Made by a program: the position numbers and the translations under genes. A stretch of 19,751 bases of DNA from NCBI RefSeq assembly GCF_006345805.1, contig NW_021824218.1, positions 1-19,751 on the forward strand, read 5' to 3'. The DNA is from Octopus sinensis. Lineage: Eukaryota. Positions within the stretch are counted from its first letter, which is position 1. Each line of letters opens with the position of its first letter. The notes beneath the pieces were generated by a model. That model was not told where the DNA came from and did no database searches. It worked only from the letters and a program-made list of their open reading frames with translations. Of the stretch, positions 1-9,310 are shown piece by piece.

Positions 1-214
1 TCTCACACACATGCAAGCATACCCTCTCTCTCTCTCCCTCTCTTTTTCTTACTCTCTCCCCCCCCTGTCTTATCCAGCTGCTGGTTTACTTACAGATTAC
101 CACATCTTAACGACACAAACCAGCAGCGGTCCTTAACAAATCTGGGGTTTCTTACGACAGACTTTTTACAGGTTATATCAGTGAGATATCAGAGCAGAGA
201 CGAAGATAGGGGAT

Positions 215-754
215 CAGGGGGAGGAGAAGAGAGAAGAGGAAGAGGGGAGAGAGAGAGAGAGGAGGGGAGAGAAGAGATAGGTAGTGTATGTGTGATGAAG
301 GAGGTAGGGTGAGATGACCAATGTGGTGGGGGCAAAAGTAGGGATTAGAATGAGAAATAATAACAGGTTCGAGCGGGGGTGGGAGAAGATGGGGAATTGG
401 CGGTAGGGTGGCGAGTCCTGTGGTGTGGTGGAAGGGGGAGGGCGATAGGCTTGTTTATGCAGAAATACGGAGAGAATAAAAGGGAGAAAGAGGGAGGGAG
501 AGAGAGAATGTGTGATGGAGACATTTATTTACACACGGATGGGGTGGGGGATAGACAGGGTCAAGGTCAAAGTAAGATTAAATTAGATAACGATGCTGGA
601 TCAAGGAAAAGAAAGGAGGGGAGATGATCAGAGAGAGGGGGAAGGAGAGACAGACAGACAGAAAGAGACAGAGTGAGATTCAGAGTTAGAGAGTGATAGA
701 GAGTGATAGAGAGAGATACAGAATTAGAGATAAACAAAGATATATATATATATA
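215..754. repeat. Purine-rich (GA/GGA) low-complexity tract ending in (TA)n
   Basis: Runs of gaga/ggag throughout. ORF 379..627 is a compositional artefact. Confidence 0.75.
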
Positions 755-1288
755 GGCGTAGGTTCCTTGACCAAGTGTCGTCTGCTATAGCCTCGGGCCG
801 ACCAAAGCCTTGTGAGTGGATTTGGTAGGCGGAAACTGAAAGAAGCCCGTCGCATATATATATATTATATATATATAATATATATAATATATATAGTTTA
901 TATTTTGTACTGTCGTTGCTGTCCTGTTTTTGTTACCCTTTTTACCCCTCCCCAAAAAGATCTCAAATTTTATTTAATTTGCTTTTCGCGGGAAGGAAAC
1001 TTTCTATCGAAGATGCGTTTCGCCTTCACCTTCGAAACGCAGAGTAGATGAAACCATGGCGACTGAAGAAAGGGAATTTTCCTTGTGTTATTTGTCCTGT
1101 ACTCTATTTTTTTGTTGTTTAAGAAAAATGTCCAGTTCCTTGGTTTTGTGTTTTTGTTTTCGTTTCCCATTGTATTCGACGTTTTTTTTTTTTGGTGTCC
1201 TGTACCAATATATGCGTGTATATATACATGTAGAGGTAGGTACGTACATATATGTATGTATATATGCATATGTTTTATTTATTAATTT

Positions 1289-1331
<43 letters not shown>

Positions 1332-1545
1332 CAGTGTGTGTATGTTTGTGTGCCTCTGTTTGTCTCCTCAACATCGCTTGACAACTGATGCTGGTGTGTT
1401 TATATCCCCGTAATTTAGCGGTTCGGCAAAAGAGACCCATAGAATAAGTACTAGTCTTACAAAGAATAAGTCCTGGGGTCTGTTTGTTCGACTAAAGGCG
1501 GTGCTCCAGCATTGGCGCAGTCAAATGACTGAAACGAATAATAGA
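755..1545 (+). mobile_element. tRNA-derived SINE family A, copy 1 (promoter-deleted, interrupted by an insertion in its central microsatellite)
   Basis: Colinear with the full copy at 7605-7999 (ccttg..caagtgtc, gccttgtgagtggatttggtag, gaaactgaaagaagcccgtcg, ggcggtgctccagcat, cagtcaaatgactgaaac). The 5' ggcgtagg is joined directly to ccttg, so the A/B-box segment is missing. Confidence 0.9.
893..1207 (+). mobile_element. Unclassified ~315 bp T-rich insertion nested in the SINE's (TA)n; possibly a Penelope-type terminal fragment
   Basis: Sequence absent from the 7605 copy and bounded by (TA)n on both sides. Contains a 9-bp hairpin tgcgtttcg/cgaaacgca (1014-1022/1033-1041) and a CTGAAGA box (1063-1069). 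Confidence 0.55.
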
Positions 1546-1550
1546 AAAAC

Positions 1551-1561
1551 ATATATATATG

Positions 1562-1618
<57 letters not shown>

Positions 1619-1741
1619 ATACAGAGAGTGTGAGAGGGAAAGAGAGAGAGAGAATGAAAGAATGGGTGTGTCACAGAGAAAATATTTTTATTTTGCAGAG
1701 AGAGAGAATCAAAGTGAAAAAATATGAAGATAATGGAGGAT

Positions 1742-1778
<37 letters not shown>

Positions 1779-1800
1779 GAGGAGGGAAGGAATTAATAGG
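1551..1800. repeat. (TA)n and (GA)n microsatellites
   Basis: Direct reading: (TA)n ~1551-1620, (GA)n ~1743-1790. Confidence 0.9.
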
Positions 1801-1854
1801 GAGTTAAAGATAGAATAGGGGAGAGTAAGGGAGTGATTCAGACAAGAGGAGAGA

Positions 1855-2429
1855 CGTGTGTAAGTGTGTGTTTAAATAGGTGTGTGTTTGTGTGGTGTGG
1901 CTTTACGGTGCTTGTGTGTGAGTATATGTAAAGCTTGCATGTGTACATGTTTGTGTGTGTGTATGCGTGTGTGTCCGTATGCATCTGTATGCGTATGTAT
2001 GTGTTTGGCTATATGTATGTGTGGATGTGTGACCTAATTAGAAATATCTTCAAAACTTACAATCTATTTCATATCTGCCGACCAACATGTGGAAATCTGG
2101 TTATAAATGCGCGCGCGTGTATGAGTGTGATCTATGTGTGCATGTGTGTGTGTGATGTGTGTGTGTGTCTACGTATACATTTGTGTGCGTATGTGTGTGT
2201 GTGTGTCTACGTATACATTTGTGTGCGTATGTGTGTGTGTGTTTGTATACGTGTGTGTGTGAGTGTATGTGTCTGTGTATGAGTGTGTGTAGGTAAGTGT
2301 GTGTTTGTCTATGTGTGTGTATGTGTTTGTATATGTGTGTGTACGTGTTTGTATATATGTGAGTGTGTGTATGTGTGTTTGTATGTGTGTATGCATGTGT
2401 GTTTGTATATGTGTGTGCGCGTGTGTTTG

Positions 2430-2462
<33 letters not shown>

Positions 2463-2930
2463 TTGTATGTGTGTGTGTTTGTGTATGTGTGTGTATATGT
2501 TTGTATATGTGTGTGTACGTGTTTCTATATATGTGAGTGTGTGTATGTGTGTTTGTATGTGTGTATGCATGTGTGTTTGTATATGTGTGTGTGCACGTGT
2601 GTTTGTATATATATATGTGTGTGTGTGTTTATTTATGCGTGTGTATGTGTGTTATGTGTTTTTGCGTATGTGTGTGTATGTGTGTATATGTGTGTGTATG
2701 TGTGTGTTTGTATATATATATATATGTTTGTGTGCGTGTGTTTGTATATATGTATGTATGTATGTGTGAGTGTATGTATGTATAAGTGTGTGTACATATG
2801 TGTATGTACCTATATTTGTGTGTCTGTATATGCGGTTGTGTGCATGTGTGTTAGTATAAATTTAGTTGATTGTTTGCGCATAGTGTTGAGAGTGCGTGTG
2901 TGCATGTGTGAGCGTGTGCGCTTGTGAGTG
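1855..2930. repeat. Long compound (TG)n/(TA)n cryptic microsatellite with internal duplications
   Basis: Alternating purine-pyrimidine tract. A block starting gtacgtgttt recurs at 2341 and 2515; a 38-nt unit is repeated around 2167-2240. Confidence 0.9.
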
Positions 2931-3047
2931 TAAATGTCTGTAATGACTGTGTATGCGTGCGTTTGAATGTCCGTTGATAAATAGGAAATGCGCATGCGCG
3001 GGGAATGTGACTGGTGGCGAGGAATTCAAGGAAAATTGTATTAACGG

Positions 3048-3059
3048 ATAATAATAATA

Positions 3060-3098
<39 letters not shown>

Positions 3099-3157
3099 GA
3101 AGAAGAAGAAGAAGAAGAAAGAAGAAGAAGAAGAAGAAGAAGAAGAAGAAGAAGAAA
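3048..3157 (+). repeat. (AAT)n followed by (AAG)n
   Basis: AAT 3048-3096, AAG 3097-3157. Confidence 0.95.
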
Positions 3158-4112
3158 TGGCAAGAAAAACCTCTCTATGGCAAATGCCCAAAGAGAGCGA
3201 ATAATGCAGATGCTGACCAATCAATGACCCATCAATGGCGAATGGCCTCTGGCTTAAAATCTGAAACAGAAGGGTTTATCATAGCAACTCAATATCAATG
3301 CCTACCAATGAGGAGCTACCAGGCCAACATATTAAAGAACGGCAGTAGCCCAACATGTCGTGTATGTCAACAACAAAATGAAAACATTGATCATGTTGTA
3401 TCCAAGTTAAGTCTTCTAGCGCCTACAGAGTATCTCAACAGGCATGATAGAGCTGCACAATATATTCACTGGGTAATCTGCAAAAAACCTGGATTTGTCC
3501 CATGAAAAAAACTGGTGGGAACACAAACCACCTCCAGTGCTTGAAAATAACCACATCTCACTCCTCTGGAACTTCCCCAGAAAGATAGATGCAAATAGGC
3601 CAGACATCATATTGAAAGACTTCAAACAAAGAAGATGCCTCTTCATTGATATGACTGTCCCAATCAATATAAACGTATCTGTCAAGACCTACCAAAAACT
3701 GAGCAAATATAAAGATCTTAAAATAGAAATCAGCAAAATGTGGAACCTGAAGACTAAAACAATACCTGTTGTCATAGGTGCCCTGGGAATGATAGCAAAA
3801 GGAGCTGATCGCTACCTAACTCAGACACCAGAAACCCCCAAAATGGCAGAATTTCAAAAGATAGTGCTCATGGGAACTGCTCATATCCTATGCAAAATAC
3901 TTTCTATGTAATCTCAAGTTTTAAAACAAACATAATTTTCGTTTTTCCTTGTTCTTTTTTTAGATATTCACTAGTACAACACTAGATACAAAACCAAATA
4001 TATGGCACACTAGGCATAACAACATCATGAACTTCCAACCTGTTGTCTCTTGAGGTCTCTGGGTGAGACTTGGAGCCAACTTATACAAATGTAAAACAAA
4101 AGTCAAACATAA
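3158..4112 (+). mobile_element. 5'-truncated R4/Dong-clade non-LTR retrotransposon (zinc knuckle + restriction-like endonuclease + 3' UTR), inactive
   Basis: WQEKPLYG...GLKSETEGFIIA, CCHC knuckle CRVC..HVVS (last Cys lost), +1 frameshift in the A-run at ~3482-3487, RLE motif RPDII..LFIDMTVP, KLSKYKDL, VVIGALG, GTAHIL, stop at 3911. The 3' UTR with gaggtctctgggtgagacttgga ends in (AAT)n. Confidence 0.9.

Positions 4113-4143
<31 letters not shown>
4113..4143 (+). repeat. (AAT)n between two retrotransposon copies
   Basis: Direct reading. Confidence 0.95.
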
Positions 4144-4144
<1 letters not shown>

Positions 4145-4622
4145 GGTCACAGAAAACGAGAAAGCAACCATACTCTGGGATATGCCGATACACACAGATA
4201 GAGAAATTAAGGCCAACAGGCCAGATATAGTTGTCAGAGATCATGAAGAAAAAAAATGCTTTCTAATTGATGTATCAATACCGGCTGATGACAACGTGTC
4301 TCTAAAAGAAATGGAGAAACTCTCAAAATACAAAGACCTGGAAATAGAGGTAAATAGAATGTGGAATCTGAAAACAGAAACAATTCCTATCATAGTAGGT
4401 GCATTAGGCATGATAAAAAAATATTCAGACAAATACATAACAAAAACACCAAGACTTACAAACACATATAACATACACTACTAGGCACTGCACACATCCT
4501 ACGCAGAACACTTTCCATACAATAACCATCAGAGCATCACAACAAATCACAGCATATACCCAAGGCACACAGAGCTGCGCTCGGTAGTGAAGTGAAAGCA
4601 CGCTATAAAAATAAAACTACTG
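4144..4622 (+). mobile_element. Second, divergent R4/Dong-clade 3' fragment (RLE domain + different 3' UTR), inactive
   Basis: ILWDMPIHTDREIKANRPDIVV..LIDVSIP..KLSKYKDL..IIVGALG. After a frameshift near 4477, another frame gives LLGTAHILRRTLSIQ* (stop 4523-4525). Ends in aataataat at 4623-4631. Confidence 0.9.
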
Positions 4623-4631
4623 AATAATAAT

Positions 4632-5175
4632 AGTACCAGGCAGTGACTCTCATGGCTTCTGATCTTAACTGATTGGAAGTGTTATCATGTACATTGTTTT
4701 GTCTTAGTATAAAAGATGAGCTACAGCAAATATTCTGCTCAATACCACAGATTTGCTTGTCAGTTGTTTGACCTTAACCAGTTGAGCATGTCCCTTAGTG
4801 GCTGACGATATGTGCATCCCTGATCACGAGCAGAAGTAGTTGGGGAGCATCATAGCCATGTGTTGAGAGGGATTCTTTGGGGTTTGAATAATTCACCTCC
4901 GGAAACATGGGTGGTTCTTTCAACATCCTTAAACAACCCTTATTCAGGGACCTTTTGAGTGGGATGGGCTACTCAACCTGAAGAAAATTCTAACTGGGCC
5001 CCACCTGCAAGGTCATGTGCTGTTTATCTTGATATGAGATCACCATGTCGCGCACATATGGTTGTGATGCATGTGCCTGGTGTACCCTTATCAGACGGGT
5101 AGTCATGATGGGTATATTGGGCTTCGTATATTTTACCCCAGTGTCACTTTGATGGCATGCACTGCTCTCTCACTC
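4632..5175 (+). mobile_element. Non-coding element X, copy 1, ending in (AAT)n
   Basis: Second copy at 5223-5595. Both start near (gc)agtacca and end gcatgcactgctctctcac + (AAT)n. No recognisable ORF or A/B boxes. Confidence 0.75.
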
Positions 5176-5222
5176 AATAATAATAATAATAATAATAATA
5201 TAATAATAATAATAATAATAAT

Positions 5223-5595
5223 GCAGTACCAAACAGTGGCTCTGATGCAGTACCAGGCAATGGAAGTGTTATCATGTACATTGTTTTGGCTTGGTATAAA
5301 AAGATGGGCTACAGCAAATATTCTGCTTAATACCACAAATTTGCTTGTCGGTTGTTTGACCTTAACTAGTTAACTATGTCCCTTAGTGGCTGATATGTGC
5401 ATCTCTGATCACGAGCAGAAGTAATGGGGGAGCATCATGTGCTGTTTATTTTGATATCACCATCTCGTGCACATATGGTTGTGATGCATGTGCCTAATGT
5501 ACCCTTATCAGACGAGTAGTCATGATGGGTATATTGGGCTTCGTATATTTTACCCCAGTGTCACTTTGATGGCATGCACTGCTCTCTCACACAGT
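5223..5595 (+). mobile_element. Non-coding element X, copy 2 (internally deleted)
   Basis: Colinear with copy 1 but lacks 163 nt at a TCAT microhomology. Flanked by (AAT)n 5176-5222 and (AAT)n/(GAT)n 5596-5670. Confidence 0.75.
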
Positions 5596-5790
5596 AATAA
5601 TAATAATAATAATAATATAATAATAATAAATAATAATAATAATGATGATGGTGATGATGATGATGATGATGAAGTCGCAATGGGGACATTGATGATTTTG
5701 ATCTCGCCTGGGATTGGTCAATTGAGTCCGTTGATTGTAGGATAGAATTCTTTTAGTGTTCTGTTTCTTCAACTCAAATTGTTTCGATGC

Positions 5791-5850
5791 ATCATAACAC
5801 ATTTTATATCACTCAGATCAATCATAACACATTTTACGTCACTCAGATTA
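5791..5850. repeat. 30-bp tandem duplication
   Basis: atcataacacattttatatcactcagatca followed by atcataacacattttacgtcactcagatta (3 mismatches). Confidence 0.9.
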
Positions 5851-6329
5851 GCTTAAAACCTCTACAGCTTAATAAATTAATCTGCAGGGATTTTACTGAT
5901 TGTTTCAACTTATCCTGATACCTAAGGATGGGTTTTCCTTTAGCACGGAATCTCTCTAAATAATGGCCGTACAAAAGAATTTTCTGATTGCGACCATCTA
6001 GCATTCGAACCTGTCCAGCCCATGTCTACTGAATTGGCAACAGAATGCTTTCGATACAGGAGGTAACTCATTTTTCTGAAAGTTTGACATTTGATATCTT
6101 ACCATTTTATGTTGCAAAAACTGCGCGGACAGCACATGTGATAATTTTCTTAGTTTCTTGTAGTAGGGAGTCCATGCTTACGCCCCGTACAAAAGTTTGC
6201 TCAAAATACAAGATTTGTATACACTTATTTTAGTTTTCAAACTGACACATTTTTCACCCCACAAAGGAAGGGTTGAAGGTGAGAATATAGAAGAAAGCAA
6301 TGATCCTGTTGTAGCGTAATCTTCGCGAG

Positions 6330-6740
6330 AGCATCAATTCTGCTGAAGAAATTCTAGCATCAAGACTAGTTCTATGAGAATCATTCTCAAATCAAAGTTC
6401 TCCTAAAATCTATGCCCCAGAGACACAAGGTATGGATCTCAAACAGAATGTCAACATCACTCAGATCCTTAGACATCTCCTCGAAGAAAATCGCATGAGA
6501 GGAAAAATTTTTGGCGAGCAAAAAAGGCCCAAGAATTGGAACTAGCTGCAAGTTCCTATTAGTTGAAAGGTGTATTTGATTCCCTAAAATCGCGGTACGG
6601 AACTTAACTTTTCTACTGACGGATCAAAGTAGCAAAGATGACAGTTTGAAAAGATGGTTCGAACTCTTTAAATTCACGTTCAATCTAGAATCCACCATCG
6701 ATTCTGAAGTAATCAATGAAATCCTTCAAATGATCACTAC
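6330..6740 (+). mobile_element. Degraded RTE-clade LINE fragment (linker between APE and RT)
   Basis: From 6506: [31 protein letters not shown], then STDGS, then [32 protein letters not shown]. This matches the RTE pattern WW..KA.E.Q..AD..D.K.FY..LK.VYG..S.DG..L.D...L.RW.EHF..LLN..S.I..E.I..LPQ, with stops and frameshifts. The left boundary is approximate. Confidence 0.65.
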
Positions 6741-6789
6741 AATTGCGAATGGAGCTGGTAAGTTTTTATGCAAGAAATCTGCCGTGTTC

Positions 6790-6829
6790 ACATACACACA
6801 CACACGCTCATGCATATATATATACATAC

Positions 6830-6886
<57 letters not shown>

Positions 6887-7075
6887 ATATGTATATAACT
6901 ATACATATACGCACACACACACGTACACATATATATATACATATATATACATATATTATATATATATATATATATGTATGAATGTATATATATATATATA
7001 TAATATATATATATATATACATATATATACGCACACACACACAAACACATATATTGTATCATATATATATATGTC
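6790..7075. repeat. Compound (TA)n/(CA)n microsatellite
   Basis: Direct reading. Confidence 0.95.
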
Positions 7076-7082
7076 TCTGTGA

Positions 7083-7158
7083 GTGTGTATGTGTATCCTT
7101 ATGTTACTGCTATTCCTCCATCACCACTTGACAACCTGTTTGGCTTGTTTGCGTCTCC
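7083..7158 (+). mobile_element. Short internal fragment of SINE family A
   Basis: catcaccacttgacaacc...ttgtttgcgtctcc resembles aacatcgcttgacaaccgatgctggtgtgtttacgtcccc of the 7605 copy. Confidence 0.5.
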
Positions 7159-7194
7159 GTCTTTCTTTTCTCTTGGTCTTTCCTCTGTCTCCTA

Positions 7195-7227
7195 TTTCTG
7201 ACGAAGAGCTTTGCTCGAAACGTAAAA
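7195..7227 (+). ncRNA. Minimal type I hammerhead ribozyme motif (Penelope-associated type)
   Basis: UUU-CUGACGA(7198-7204)-A-GAGC/UUU/GCUC-GAAA(7217-7220)-C-GUA-AAA. Full core, 4-bp stem II, palindromic ACGU stem III, 3-bp stem I. Lies in a ~180-bp T-rich element (~7159-7335). Confidence 0.75.
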
Positions 7228-7604
7228 CTACCCTTCTTTCCTTCCCAGGGCGTCTGCTAATACTTTTGCATGTACCTCGTCCTCACGTTGTTGTTTTTTC
7301 TTTGTGTGTTTTTCCTGGTTTTTTTTTTTTGATTAATGATATTTATATGCAAAATTTAGGTTAATTAAAATATATTTGTGGCGTATTTCAACAGCTAAAA
7401 GACAAATGCATTGCAGTTACCACGGAGAAAATATCTTTCTTGTGGTAAAAGGTGTGAAAACACTGAACAACCGGGGGTTTTCACACCTTTTGCCATAAGA
7501 GAAGTATTTTCTCCACAATAACTGCTATGTATTTGCCATTTAGCAGTTGAAATAAGTCACAAACATATTTTAACTAACATAAAATTTGCATATATATATA
7601 TATA

Positions 7605-7999
7605 GACGCAGGAGTGGCTGTGTGGTAAGTAGCTTTCTAACCAACCACATGGTTCCGGGTTCAGTCCCACTGCCTGGCACCTTGGGCAAGTGTCTTCTGA
7701 TATAGCCCCGGGCCGACCAATGCCTTGTGAGTGGATTTGGTAGACGGAAACTGAAAGAAGCCCGTCGTATATATGTATATATATATGTGTGTCTGTGTGT
7801 CTGTTTGTCCCCCCAACATCGCTTGACAACCGATGCTGGTGTGTTTACGTCCCCGTCACTTAGTGGTTCGACAAAAGAGACCGATAGAATAAGTACTTGG
7901 CTTACAAAGAATAAGTCCCGGGGTCGATTTGCTCGACTAAAGGCGGTGCTCCAGCATGGCCATAGTCAAATTACTGAAACAAGTAAAAGAGTAAAAGAG
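7605..7999 (+). mobile_element. tRNA-derived SINE family A, near full-length
   Basis: A-box-like TGGCTGTGTGG and B-box-like GGTTCAGTCCC, CCTTGGGCAAG box, central (TA)/(TG) tract, 3' ggcggtgctccagcatggcc..ctgaaac and (AAAAGAGT)n tail. Confidence 0.92.
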
Positions 8000-8593
8000 G
8001 CATAAACATGTATGTGTGCATATGCGTCTGTTTGAATGTGTGCGTACGTGTGCTACAGGTAATTCTAAACAAGTGTAGACAACAACAATACAGGATACGT
8101 GAATAACGACAGAATGAATATAATTATTTCTTGCACATACGTGTTAGTTATGTACAATGAAATGTTATTATAAAAATATTTCCAGTTGATGGATGGCATC
8201 GGATAGCAGAAGTCATCTGACAAACTTCGGAGCCAATGGAAACGTTTGAAAGAGGAACTCTGCGAAAATTCTTTGAAATGCTCGGTTTGTATGCTGCCGT
8301 CTGAGATGATAAATTGCTTGCCATTGCTCCAGACTCTGCTGCTGTCTCTGAAGTGACATCAATACATTGATGTTAACACTCAACAACAGTGCAGAAGAAG
8401 CTCGCTTTAGTCGTTCGATTATTCTTCTGTTGATCAATATAGCAATCACCCCAATCATTATAGGCATTCCAACAGATATATCCTAATATTCTATAGACGA
8501 GGCTCGGTTCGTATGGAGATTCCTCTCAATGCAAACCACATTAGTAAGGCGGATACTAACTTCAGAGGAGACAGAGGTGTCGGCTAGGGCACC

Positions 8594-8700
8594 AATGATG
8601 ATGGTGATAATGACGATAACGATGTTAGGGGTGATGGTAATAATGATGATGGTGATGACGACGACGATGATGGTGATGCGAATGACGTCAACGGCAATCA
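8594..8700. repeat. Cryptic (GAT/GAC/AAT) trinucleotide repeat
   Basis: Direct reading. It generates the Met-, Ile- and Asp-rich ORFs here. Confidence 0.8.
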
Positions 8701-9054
8701 CGGTTCTGTGGACTTTTACGAACCAACGCAAATATGTATTATGTGTGTGTGTGTGTTTGTGCGTGCGCGCGCGATGCTAGGAGAGTTCACAGTGACTTCA
8801 AGGATTCGCCGCCAGGTTTATCCAGTAGTCTGTGAAGTGCTTCTTGAGCAAAACTTCGAAGTTACAGTCAACAACTCATTTAAATTTAATATTTGACTAC
8901 CTGACTCTAAATCAAGTATTGAGTCGTTTCGTCAATACATTTTTGTATTGTTATGCCAACATCCTGGTTTTAATTCGGAACGTTGATATTTCCGAGTTTC
9001 CCATCAGTATATACTCACACGAAAGCGCGTGCGCACATCTAGACATACATTTAT

Positions 9055-9310
9055 ACATTTACACACACACACATACACACATACACACACACAGATATAT
9101 ATATATAATATATATATATATGTATGTAATATATGTATTCGTGTAAGAATCACGGAAAATATTTCGATGCTCGTATATATATATGTATGTGTATATATAT
9201 ATGAATATATGCACATATACATACACATACGCACACACACACACACACACACACATCATATACATACAGACATATATGTATATATGTACACACTCACACA
9301 CATATTTATA
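9055..9310. repeat. Compound (CA)n/(TA)n microsatellite
   Basis: Direct reading. Confidence 0.9.

Noticed and set aside
1029-1074. Functional type II hammerhead
   Set aside because: Boxes are present, but stem I does not close next to the core and stem II pairing is poor. Kept only as a half-motif finding.
812-2995. Many ORFs rich in C/V/Y/I/H/T (also 6646-7062, 9004-9331, 16914-18222)
   Set aside because: They are translations of dinucleotide and tetranucleotide microsatellites.
3014-3157. N-terminus of ORF 3014..3505 (poly-N/I/R/K)
   Set aside because: Read-through of (AAT)n/(AAG)n. Real homology starts at 3158.
8186-8345. MADF/Myb-, RING- or hAT-like resemblance
   Set aside because: Only a few residues match, the spacing is wrong, and frameshifts are required.
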